Position numbers and translations under genes: made by a program. Below are positions 17,454 through 26,210 of a stretch of 60,271 nucleotides of DNA, one piece after another. The stretch's first letter is position 1. Each line of letters starts with the position of its first letter. The DNA comes from Bacilli bacterium (GTDB taxonomy: Bacteria; Bacillota_I; Bacilli_A; RF39; UBA660), in assembly GCA_022801735.1 (NCBI GenBank), contig JAAWSW010000001.1, positions 1 through 60,271 on the forward strand, in the 5' to 3' direction. The notes beneath the pieces are model-generated. The model saw nothing but the letters and a program-made list of their open reading frames with translations, had not been told where the DNA came from and did not search any database.

Positions 17454-20400
17454 AATTTAATTTAACAAGTTTTTCATCCATGATTGAATATAAATAAATG
17501 CATACTGGTTTATCACTAATACTCATAATATAATCGAGGTAACCATTTAACTGTTTCATATAAGCCTCATCTGCAGTATTTTTAAGCTTATAATCAATAA
17601 TCGCAAACCTATCTTCGTATTCAATTAATAAATCGATAAATCCATGCATAAGCATACCATCTACTTCATAAACAAATTCATATTCCTTATACAAATTAAT
17701 AGAATCATCTAAAATACCAGAATTAATAAAACGTTCCACTTTCCTTTTCTTAAATTCATCTATACCACTATAATCAGGATTAGAAAAATCTATAAGTTCA
17801 AATAACGAATGCATCTGTAAACCTAACTTAATATTATTTGCTTCTTCCTTAGAATATAAACTATGATTATCCTTAGAGAATCTTTTATTAAAAATTTCTT
17901 TAGCCTCGCCTTCATATTCATTAACTACAATAACATCATCAGTTAATTCCAAGTTTTCCCTATAATTAGATTTCTTAGTCAAATTATAATCCTTAGTAAG
18001 ACCTAATTCATTAATATTAACATTCCTAACATACTTACCTATATAATCAGATACCGAAGACAGCATATCATTAAAAGATAAATACTTTGTGCGGACTTCA
18101 TTATTAATAATTCCATTATCTTTAAAACTCAGAATATTAGGTTTAAGTTCACAAATCATAACCATCTTTTCACGAGCCCTAGTTAAAGCCACATAAAATA
18201 ATCTTAACTTCTCCGAAACCTCTGCATGAATATATTTTTGCTTAAATAAAGTCTTCAAAATTGTATTTTTAGGCCCATTATCCATATAAGGAATTAAAAT
18301 ACCATAATCATTAGAAAAATAAAACTTATTCTTTAAATCATCAATATTAAATTTCTTGTAAAGCCCGCTGAAATAACATACGTGATATTCAAGACCTTTA
18401 GACGCATGAATAGTCATAATCTTAACGGAATTACTAGAATCCTTATTCAAGGATAACTTAATATCAAGCCCCTCATCAGAAATATCATTTAAATAATCTA
18501 AAAAATCCTTAGGTGTATAACCAAAATTACTTACGTTAGAAACAATCTTACTTATAGACTCCAAAGTCACTAAATGATTATCAATATTTCCAGTAGTTAT
18601 TATTCTTTTATAAAAATCAAAACCATAAATAATCCTATCGTATAATTCCTTATTGCTAAGAATATCTAATTCATCAGAAATCTTCTTACACTTCTTAAAA
18701 ATCTCCGTTTCATAAAACTTATTATCCTTAAATATTCTAAAAATGTCAGCATCAGCCATATTAAACAAATAAGAGCGCGCAATTGACATAAACGAATACT
18801 TAAATAAAGTGTCATATCTTTTTTCACTAATAGAAATAATTAAATTATATAAATTTTTAATAAGTAAAATATCCACCGAATCAGATACACTAGTATCCCT
18901 ATAAATAGTAAGCGGAATATTAAGATACTCAAAAACCTTTTTATACTTTTCAAAAGCCGTCGCCCTATCCATTAAAATCGCAAAATCACCATAAGTAATA
19001 TCACGCTCTTCCAAAGTATCTTGATCCATAACTTTAAAATGATTATTAACCTTATTTTGAATATCTCTAGCTACCATAAATATTTCAATTTCTTCCTTAG
19101 AAAAATACTTATCATCCGGCATTTCATAATTTAAAATTTCCATTGAATAATCCTCATTATCCACATTATCATAAGCCGTATTTCCAAACACCATTTGATG
19201 ACTACTTATATAATCAGCCCCGCCTATTTCATTATCCATAATCATATTAAAAATCAAATTAATATTTTCAGTAACATCTCTGCGTGACCTAAAATTCTTA
19301 TTCAAATCAATCTTCATTCCACCATCATTATTAGAATACTGATCATACTTACCCTTAAATAACAAAGGATTCGCATTTCTAAAACGGTAAATAGATTGCT
19401 TAACATCACCAACCATATAAACATCATCATTAGAAATATAAGAAATAAATAAATCCTGCAAATCATTTGTATCTTGATATTCATCAATCAAAATTTCTTT
19501 ATATTTGCCTTTGAGTTCTTCCCTAACATCCTCATGTTTCTCTAAAATACTTATCGCCATTTTTGCGATATCAGTAAATTCATAAGCCTCATTTTCGTAT
19601 TTAAAATCATTAATCCTTTTATCTAACTCCAAAAGAATCTCTACAATGACTAACGCATAATCCTTAGTCATAAAAATAGAATTTCTAATTTCATCATCAT
19701 CCTTATATTTAGTAAGTACATTTATTTCCTTAATCAAATCAGACAGGCTTGCCTTAATCGCTTTAGCCTCTTCACTGCTACCACGTGGAACTTGAGGCAA
19801 TTTAATAATAGAATTAAACTTAAAATCCATGTATGTTTTTGAATTTAATAAAGGACCTATTACCTCATTAATTTTCTCTATATAAGAGTAATCAACATAA
19901 CTAGATAAGTTATCCACAGTATTTTTAATTGAGCAGGCTTTATCACATAAAATTCCTACATACTCAGAAATAAAACCATTAATAATATTTCCATCATAAA
20001 AACCACTAATATAATTTTCTAAATAATCTCTTTTATTATAAAGATTATCCATCTTATCATTAAGGTCTATAATTGCCTTAAAAATTTCCTTATCATCCTT
20101 TAAACAAAAATCATTAATAAGTTTTAAAAACCTAGAGTCTTCATTTTTATAATACTCTTCAAAAATATCCGTTAAAATTTCTTTCTTCTTAAGTTTAATA
20201 ATACTATCATCTATAATACTAACATTATCAGACATATTTAAAAGATAATTATACTTCTTAACCAACGATAAAGCAAAAGCATCAAACGTTGTAATATAAG
20301 CCAAATCTACCTTATCAAGTTGATCTTTAAGTTCACTATTCAAAGAAAGTTTCTTTCTAATACGTTCTTTCATTTCCGAAGCCGCTGCATTAGTAAAAGT

Positions 20401-20559
20401 TAAAATAAGTAAATCATCTATACCCATTCCACTTAAAACATGAGTTAATACCCTTTCCGATAAAACAGCCGTTTTCCCACTTCCTGCTCCAGCCGAAACA
20501 ATAATATTTTTACCCTTTTCATTGATAGCCAAAGCCTGTTCTTCCGTCCATTTAGGCAT
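17452..20559 (-). CDS. addA: ATP-dependent helicase/nuclease subunit A (AddA/RexA)
   Basis: 'VSAGAGSGKTAVLSERV' (Walker A), 'ILIDEYQDTN', 'VGDVKQSIYRFRNA', 'MTIHASKGLE', and a C-terminal RecB-type nuclease motif 'GFIDLLIEYEDRFAIIDYKLK'. The ATG (MPKWTEEQ) overlaps the addB 3' end by 8 nt. Confidence 0.85.
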   Translation of the reverse strand: MPKWTEEQALAINEKGKNIIVSAGAGSGKTAVLSERVLTHVLSGMGIDDLLILTFTNAAASEMKERIRKKLSLNSELKDQLDKVDLAYITTFDAFALSLVKKYNYLLNMSDNVSIIDDSIIKLKKKEILTDIFEEYYKNEDSRFLKLINDFCLKDDKEIFKAIIDLNDKMDNLYNKRDYLENYISGFYDGNIINGFISEYVGILCDKACSIKNTVDNLSSYVDYSYIEKINEVIGPLLNSKTYMDFKFNSIIKLPQVPRGSSEEAKAIKASLSDLIKEINVLTKYKDDDEIRNSIFMTKDYALVIVEILLELDKRINDFKYENEAYEFTDIAKMAISILEKHEDVREELKGKYKEILIDEYQDTNDLQDLFISYISNDDVYMVGDVKQSIYRFRNANPLLFKGKYDQYSNNDGGMKIDLNKNFRSRRDVTENINLIFNMIMDNEIGGADYISSHQMVFGNTAYDNVDNEDYSMEILNYEMPDDKYFSKEEIEIFMVARDIQNKVNNHFKVMDQDTLEERDITYGDFAILMDRATAFEKYKKVFEYLNIPLTIYRDTSVSDSVDILLIKNLYNLIISISEKRYDTLFKYSFMSIARSYLFNMADADIFRIFKDNKFYETEIFKKCKKISDELDILSNKELYDRIIYGFDFYKRIITTGNIDNHLVTLESISKIVSNVSNFGYTPKDFLDYLNDISDEGLDIKLSLNKDSSNSVKIMTIHASKGLEYHVCYFSGLYKKFNIDDLKNKFYFSNDYGILIPYMDNGPKNTILKTLFKQKYIHAEVSEKLRLFYVALTRAREKMVMICELKPNILSFKDNGIINNEVRTKYLSFNDMLSSVSDYIGKYVRNVNINELGLTKDYNLTKKSNYRENLELTDDVIVVNEYEGEAKEIFNKRFSKDNHSLYSKEEANNIKLGLQMHSLFELIDFSNPDYSGIDEFKKRKVERFINSGILDDSINLYKEYEFVYEVDGMLMHGFIDLLIEYEDRFAIIDYKLKNTADEAYMKQLNGYLDYIMSISDKPVCIYLYSIMDEKLVKLN

Positions 20560-22867
20560 TATCCTCACCCCCTATAATATCCTTAAATTTAGTATCTTCT
20601 AAATTAACAATATCCTCTTCTTTTCTAAAACATAAATCCTTAAATTTACAATAATTACAGCCAATAACCTTATCACCAAGACGTTTTGGATTAATATCAA
20701 AATTACCTTTAGTAGTCGCGCTTATCACTTCATCAATCTTCTCATCTACCAGATTAACTACCTTATCAACCCCACTATTAGAAATAAGTTTAGTATAAGC
20801 ATAAAATCCTGTTTTAGCCTTCTTCATCCCTTTAATAACTTCACTCTCTTCATAAGTAGAATCAAATTTAGAAATAAGTCTTTCATCATTAATTGTATAA
20901 CCATCTAACCTTAAACTTTTATACTTTTCATCTTCCGCATTATCCGCATCCATAGAAACATTATTAAGTATTTTTTGTAAGTAAAAACCAGTAATCTGAA
21001 TATCCTTATGCATACCATTTTTAGTTAAATAAATATATACAGGAAGTTGCAAATGAAGCCCATGATTAATATTATCCAAAGTAGTTTCCACATTACCAGT
21101 CTTATAATCAATAATGGCCACTAAAGTTTTACCATCTTCTTCTTTATATTTAATTTTATCCACAATACCTACAAATTGGACATTTAATTTAGAAGACTTA
21201 TCCACCATAATATTTTCCTCAGTTAAAACTTGATCAAACATTGAATAACTCTCCTGTTTTTTAATAGTTTCTATAATAAATAATAAATCATTATAAAGTT
21301 TTTTAACAAAAAAATTCTCTTTAAAACTTAAATTCTTATCCTTTAAATAATCATTATATATTTTTTCCACATTAAAATCTTCATCATACATATGTGATAA
21401 ACATTCATGAAATAAATTCCCTAACAAAATCGCAAAATTTTCGTGAAAAGGATCTAACCTTAAAATATTTTGAATATAAAATCTAAACGCACATAAAAAA
21501 TAATTATTCATACTAGAATAAGATAATCTAAGTTTACCACCTAAGTAATCATAAATATCTTTTTCATTCCCACCACTATAACTATTATCATAAGTTTGAT
21601 AAAAAATAGTCTTATAATTTGAATATAATTTTTCTAAACAATTACTTTTTTCGTTATATTTAATATAATTATCTAATCCTCTAGCTAAACAAAGTTTATT
21701 ATAACCATGTGAATACTCATAAGAAATTTCTGGGTTCATAATAACCGAAAGACCAAAATCCTCTATCAAAGGTGATGGGAAATACGTTCTATAATTATCC
21801 TTTAATTTGTAAGTTATAATTAAATTTTTTGTATTGTGGATAACTTTAGAAATATATTTCTTTTCATTAATTAACTTTTCCAAAGAAGTATTTAAACCTA
21901 ACTTACTTCTATCACTATCTTTAATAAGTTCATCATCGTGATAAATCCTAGGTACAATTCCTTGATTAAAACCTAATACATAATAGTAATTATCTGGTGT
22001 TGTGTCTATAGATGTAAAATCAGTTACTCTAACTACATTATCTAATTCATTATTTTTAATTCTTTTATTTTTAAGTTCATTGGTAATAATTTGGATAAAT
22101 AAGTCGTTGGTTTCGTTTACAAAACTATACTTATTAATCACATCTACAATCACATTATATATTTCATTTCTAGGAGTATCATCTAAAGCCAAAGCAATAT
22201 CCTTTTTTTCTTTCAAACTAGATAAAAATATTTTTACAGTTTCCGTTCCATATATTTCTTTACTATCAGATAAATCAATAGGTATATTAAATAACTTAAA
22301 TATTCTTTTTACATTAGACTTATAATCATCGCTAACTCCCACCAAATAAAACTTATTAATATCCACATTTTTTAATTTACATGCAATATCACTAGCCACA
22401 AAAGCCACTTCATCAGATTGCTTATCAAAACCATATATAGTAGGTTTATAATTAAGTTCGTCATCACTAATGTATCTAACATTATAATTATTTAAAGCAT
22501 CTTTTATATAACTATCTAACCCCTCATAGCCAATTACACATATATTATCCAAACTATTTTTAAATAGTTTATTTTCTATTAATAATCCGTTTTCTTTTAA
22601 TTCTTCATAATAAGACTTAACTAAATCAAAATCAAAATAAATATTATCTAAAAACTCTTTAGCAACACCAACTTTAAATCCGTATTTATTCATTAAATAA
22701 TAAATAGCCTTTTCATCATAAGTTCCAAAATAATTATTTTTAAATTCATTTACCGTCATAAACTTAATATTTAGTATTTTCTTATTTTCATTAAGTTCCT
22801 TTAATATCTTTAATTTCATATTAGAAGGACATATTACTAAGTCACCATTTTTTATTTTATCAAGCAT
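20552..22867 (-). CDS. addB: Helicase/nuclease subunit B (AddB/RexB), short form
   Basis: Position upstream of addA with overlap. C-terminal nuclease motif 'GIVDKIKYKEEDGKTLVAIIDYKTG'. Fe-S style cysteines are present ('LCAFRFY' ... 'GCNYCKFKDLC'). Length is 771 aa versus about 1150 in Bacillus. Confidence 0.8.
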   Translation of the reverse strand: MLDKIKNGDLVICPSNMKLKILKELNENKKILNIKFMTVNEFKNNYFGTYDEKAIYYLMNKYGFKVGVAKEFLDNIYFDFDLVKSYYEELKENGLLIENKLFKNSLDNICVIGYEGLDSYIKDALNNYNVRYISDDELNYKPTIYGFDKQSDEVAFVASDIACKLKNVDINKFYLVGVSDDYKSNVKRIFKLFNIPIDLSDSKEIYGTETVKIFLSSLKEKKDIALALDDTPRNEIYNVIVDVINKYSFVNETNDLFIQIITNELKNKRIKNNELDNVVRVTDFTSIDTTPDNYYYVLGFNQGIVPRIYHDDELIKDSDRSKLGLNTSLEKLINEKKYISKVIHNTKNLIITYKLKDNYRTYFPSPLIEDFGLSVIMNPEISYEYSHGYNKLCLARGLDNYIKYNEKSNCLEKLYSNYKTIFYQTYDNSYSGGNEKDIYDYLGGKLRLSYSSMNNYFLCAFRFYIQNILRLDPFHENFAILLGNLFHECLSHMYDEDFNVEKIYNDYLKDKNLSFKENFFVKKLYNDLLFIIETIKKQESYSMFDQVLTEENIMVDKSSKLNVQFVGIVDKIKYKEEDGKTLVAIIDYKTGNVETTLDNINHGLHLQLPVYIYLTKNGMHKDIQITGFYLQKILNNVSMDADNAEDEKYKSLRLDGYTINDERLISKFDSTYEESEVIKGMKKAKTGFYAYTKLISNSGVDKVVNLVDEKIDEVISATTKGNFDINPKRLGDKVIGCNYCKFKDLCFRKEEDIVNLEDTKFKDIIGGEDNA

Positions 22868-22923
22868 ACATCATCACCCTACAATTAGTATAACATGGAA
22901 ATTGAGATATGGCATTTTTTTAG

Positions 22924-22950
22924 AATAAAAACCATAGATTTTTCTATGAT
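22924..22950 (-). terminator. Hairpin terminator downstream of the acidic small ORF, upstream of the addB promoter
   Basis: The minus strand reads ATCATAGA-AAAA-TCTATGGT followed by TTTTTATT. A TGTTATACT extended -10 for addB follows at about 22885-22895. Confidence 0.55.
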
Positions 22951-23048
22951 TTCATCTAAAGTAAACTAAATCGATTTAAATATCATCCCTTTTTTTCATA
23001 AATTATTTTTAATTAAATACCTTACAAAAATAAATCTATGATAAAAAT

Positions 23049-23201
23049 TTATTGCTTGTCATCTATTTGATTTTCATTAAAATATTCATCTACTTCTTCA
23101 CTTAATTCCTCATCTTCTTCTAATAACTCGATTTCTTCATCTGTTAATTCATCCAATTCCCTATCATCAAATAATAATTTAAATTTTTTAAATATACACA
23201 T
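23049..23201 (-). CDS. Unannotated 50-aa hyper-acidic small protein
   Basis: My translation is MCIFKKFKLLFDDRELDELTDEEIELLEEDEELSEEVDEYFNENQIDDKQ*, with 21 D/E against 5 K/R. An AAAGGA SD lies 8 nt upstream. It falls below the ORF-track length cutoff. Confidence 0.4.
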   Translation of the reverse strand: MCIFKKFKLLFDDRELDELTDEEIELLEEDEELSEEVDEYFNENQIDDKQ

Positions 23202-23324
23202 ATTTTAATTCCTTTCATTTTAAAATTGTTGAGATAAATAAACCACTATACACCTTCCATTTATGTTGGACATCTTAGTTCCTTTATATTAGTTGCACCT
23301 ACTAAACTATTAAGGCATAATAAA

Positions 23325-23345
23325 AGCACTCTATTTTTGAGTGCT
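23325..23345 (-). terminator. Hairpin overlapping the stop codon of the 57-aa ORF
   Basis: AGCACTC-N7-GAGTGCT, followed on the minus strand by TTTTATT. Confidence 0.5.
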
Positions 23346-23504
23346 ATATTTTTCAATTACTTTTTTTATTTCTTTTTTCATTTTAGGTTCATTTTCATAA
23401 ATATACTTTTTTTCTTCTTCTACAGACATATTTTTGCAGTTCTCTAATATTTTATCAGCATATTTTTGATAAATCTCCTGAATTTCTTTTCCTTTATTGG
23501 TCAT
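23331..23504 (-). CDS. Unannotated 57-aa lysine/glutamate-rich helical small protein directly abutting the CRISPR array
   Basis: My translation is MTNKGKEIQEIYQKYADKILENCKNMSVEEEKKYIYENEPKMKKEIKKVIEKYSTQK*. The GAGGTGG SD begins 9 nt after the last repeat (8 intervening nt) and the ATG lies 19 nt after it. Confidence 0.45.
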   Translation of the reverse strand: MTNKGKEIQEIYQKYADKILENCKNMSVEEEKKYIYENEPKMKKEIKKVIEKYSTQK

Positions 23505-23523
23505 TTTACCACCTCATATGATA

Positions 23524-24285
23524 GATTTAATATCATTTAAGATAACGTAGTTCTAAAACATAGTTACCACTCCTATTCTTTTGGAATATGATTTAATACT
23601 ACTTAAGATGACATAGTTCTAAAACAAGCAAGTGGATTATATGGGTATGATATTAGATTTAATACCATTTAAGATAACATAGTTCTAAAACTCATACTTT
23701 TTGGGGTTGTTTAACAATTGTGATTTAATACCATTTAAGATAACATAGTTCTAAAACGTGGATTCATTACCTTTACTGTTATTTGTCGATTTAATACCAT
23801 TTAAGATAACATAGTTCTAAAACTTCTTTATTCATCTAACCACCTATTAACTTGATTTAATACCATTTAAGATAACATAGTTCTAAAACGGGTTAGTTAC
23901 ATTGGTGCATTAGATCATAGATTTAATACCATTTAAGATAACATAGTTCTAAAACTCATAGATACTGTACCAATAATATACTACGGATTTAATACCATTT
24001 AAGATAACATAGTTCTAAAACTTATACATAATATATAATGCGGATAGCATAGATTTAATACCATTTAAGATAACATAGTTCTAAAACTTGCTATATGATG
24101 TTTTATATTCTTCAATTGATTTAATACCATTTAAGATAACATAGTTCTAAAACGCCAACTATCTTATAACGTTGTGAAGTGTTGATTTAATACCATTTAA
24201 GATAACATAGTTCTAAAACTCTTATGATATTATTAAGATGTCAAAGCGAGATTTAATACCATTTAAGATAACATAGTTCTAAAAC
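23524..24285 (-). CRISPR. Type II-A CRISPR array: 12 repeats of 36 nt and 11 spacers of exactly 30 nt
   Basis: The repeat in transcribed (minus) orientation is GTTTTAGAACTATGTTATCTTAAATGGTATTAAATC. Repeat starts on the plus strand are 23524, 23590, 23656, 23722, 23788, 23854, 23920, 23986, 24052, 24118, 24184 and 24250. The two repeats farthest from csn2 are degenerate (2 and 3 mismatches), which marks that end as leader-distal. Confidence 0.97.
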
Positions 24286-24356
24286 CTCAAATAATTAAAG
24301 AACTATTCTAACGACATAGAAAGTTAGCACCTTAAATAGTAACTATGTCTAATTAA
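24286..24356 (-). promoter_or_regulatory. CRISPR leader (71 nt between the csn2 stop and the first repeat)
   Basis: On the minus strand the leader ends ...ATTATTTGAG directly before GTTTTAG. A possible -10 TAGAAT lies at 24305-24310. A 7-10 bp inverted repeat GACATAG...CTATGTC spans 24313-24349. Confidence 0.6.
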
Positions 24357-25031
24357 TTATAACATAATTTCGTCTAAATTTTTATCAATTATCAATTTAT
24401 GCTCATACTCCAATGTTGGACCATAACTTTGTGAATCTATTAATAATATTTTTACTTGATTATACAAAGCATATTTATAAAATTCAATTAATTCATCTTG
24501 GTTTAAATATTGTTTTAAATTAACAAAGACTAAAATTTTATTTAATTTAAATATTTTCTCTAAATCTATACATAAAAACAAATTATTAAGTAAATTATTA
24601 TCAATCAAAAATCTAGGTTTCAACAATTTAATAAATAATTCTAAATTAAATTCATCATTTATTAAAATTGGTAAATCAACTTCCTTAATAAGTTGTGTAA
24701 AATCTTTTTTTATTTTCTTATAATCAGTAGTAAATTTATTGTTTATTTCATCATTACAAAATGTAGAAATATACTTTATAAAAGGATTTGAATAACATTT
24801 AAATAATTCATCAAAATTAAAATAATCCGATACCACCATAATTTTACCAGCAATTACTAATTCTGAATTATCAGAATTAAAACAATAAAAGTTGTCTAAA
24901 ACATCCCCATTACTAATAAAATTTAAATCCCTAACACATCTATAAAAATAATTTTTATTTTCTATTTCTAAAGAAAACACATTATTACTAAAATCTAAAA
25001 CATTTTCCAAATAATCAAACTTTATTTTCAT
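24357..25031 (-). CDS. csn2: Csn2 (type II-A signature adaptation protein)
   Basis: 224 aa, located after cas2 with an ATGA overlap. The N-terminus 'MKIKFDYLENVLDFSNNVFSLEIENKNYFY' is Csn2-like. Confidence 0.85.
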   Translation of the reverse strand: MKIKFDYLENVLDFSNNVFSLEIENKNYFYRCVRDLNFISNGDVLDNFYCFNSDNSELVIAGKIMVVSDYFNFDELFKCYSNPFIKYISTFCNDEINNKFTTDYKKIKKDFTQLIKEVDLPILINDEFNLELFIKLLKPRFLIDNNLLNNLFLCIDLEKIFKLNKILVFVNLKQYLNQDELIEFYKYALYNQVKILLIDSQSYGPTLEYEHKLIIDKNLDEIML

Positions 25032-25348
25032 AGAATAAGTAACCTTTCATCATTATCAACTATTTTAGAATTATTACTACCTATTACATATTCAATTTGA
25101 GCATACTGTTTTTCTGTAACTGTAAGCATTTGAACAATACCTTTTTGAGGTGCGTTTTTTCTAACTCTTTCCATCAAATACTTAGTTTGTCCAGAATTTA
25201 AAGTTAATTTAGAATAAACAGATTCTTGTAACATTAAAAAACCTTCATTAATTAAAAATTTTCTAAATTTAATATAATTTTTTCTATCCCTAGCATAAAC
25301 ATTAGGTAAGTCAAAAAATACAATTGTCCTCATCGCCCTATCCCTCAT
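25028..25348 (-). CDS. cas2: Cas2
   Basis: 'MRDRAMRTIVFFDLPNVYARDRKNYIKFRKFLINEGFLMLQESVYSKL' is colinear with S. pyogenes Cas2 'MSYRYMRMILMFDMP...'. I chose the ATG at 25348 rather than the track TTG at 25357. Confidence 0.9.
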   Translation of the reverse strand: MRDRAMRTIVFFDLPNVYARDRKNYIKFRKFLINEGFLMLQESVYSKLTLNSGQTKYLMERVRKNAPQKGIVQMLTVTEKQYAQIEYVIGSNNSKIVDNDERLLIL

Positions 25349-26210
25349 AAAATACAAAATCCTTATATATTACGTTGTTTTCTAACACTAACAGTGTGTT
25401 TTTTACATATAGTGAAACAATATCTTTAACTGTATATAATTTACCATTGAATTTATATCTTTCATTAAACAAATTTACTAAATCCATTTTACAATTAGAG
25501 TCAAATTTTCTAGACTGATTATAATAAACAAAATTATCAATAATAATTCGAAATGGCTCCATTAAGTCACAAGATAAATTAAAATTATTAAATTCACTTT
25601 TATGATTAATTCCTATTTGTGTAATATAACCATTACTAACCACTTCTTTATTAACTGTAGATAAAAGAATTGCATATCCATAATTAAGCATAGAGTTAAT
25701 ATCATCATCACTATTGCGAATAAATTTTTTTCCAAATAAAGAATTGAAATAAACTTTGGCAGCATGTGCCTCTCTATTAGTTTTATCCCCTGGATTAACC
25801 TCATCTATATAAGAAATCAATAAATTAGTATTATTACTTTTAATTTTCTGTAACAATAACATCTGATTCATTATTTTATTTTTTACTATTTTTTGCCATA
25901 AAACATCTTTATCTTTTTTTAACCATTTAGTTTGAAATAAAATCTTTTTGGTAGAATTATGACAATTATAATATGATGAAAGTTCGCCAAAGGGATTATG
26001 TTTCTCATCACAAAAAATAATATTTATTTTACTTTGAGATAATTCTTTAAGAAGATATGAAGAAATAGATACTGAAATAGAATCAACTATAACAGTATCT
26101 ATCTCCGACAAATGAATATATTTTTCATCCAAATCTTGCTTTACTACTAAATATTTATTTTTATAACTTATTTTAGACGCATTACTAATTACTACTGTTC
26201 TAAAACTCAT
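25338..26210 (-). CDS. cas1: Cas1
   Basis: 'MSFRTVVISNASKISYKNKYLVV' resembles the type II Cas1 N-terminus. Length is 290 aa. It overlaps the cas9 stop by 11 nt. Confidence 0.93.
   Translation of the reverse strand: MSFRTVVISNASKISYKNKYLVVKQDLDEKYIHLSEIDTVIVDSISVSISSYLLKELSQSKINIIFCDEKHNPFGELSSYYNCHNSTKKILFQTKWLKKDKDVLWQKIVKNKIMNQMLLLQKIKSNNTNLLISYIDEVNPGDKTNREAHAAKVYFNSLFGKKFIRNSDDDINSMLNYGYAILLSTVNKEVVSNGYITQIGINHKSEFNNFNLSCDLMEPFRIIIDNFVYYNQSRKFDSNCKMDLVNLFNERYKFNGKLYTVKDIVSLYVKNTLLVLENNVIYKDFVFYEG

Noticed and set aside
22973-22986. GATTTAAATATCAT resembles the start of the degenerate terminal CRISPR repeat (GATTTAATATCAT). It could be a decayed repeat, which would imply that the two small ORFs were inserted into an older, longer array.
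   Set aside because: The similarity covers only about 13 nt with an indel in extremely AT-rich DNA, and the rest of the repeat is not recognisable. It is too weak to support.
23325-23345. The palindrome AGCACTC-N7-GAGTGCT resembles CIRCE half-sites (TTAGCACTC-N9-GAGTGCTAA).
   Set aside because: - The spacer is 7 nt rather than 9, and the flanking TTA/TAA arms are missing.
- It overlaps a stop codon and is followed by a T-run, so it is better explained as the intrinsic terminator of the 57-aa ORF.
23560-24249. Possible self-targeting spacers, or spacers matching the accessory genes in this window.
   Set aside because: I found no 30-nt match, or even an obvious seed-length match, by eye within the window. 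This cannot be excluded without a computational search of the whole genome, so no claim is made.
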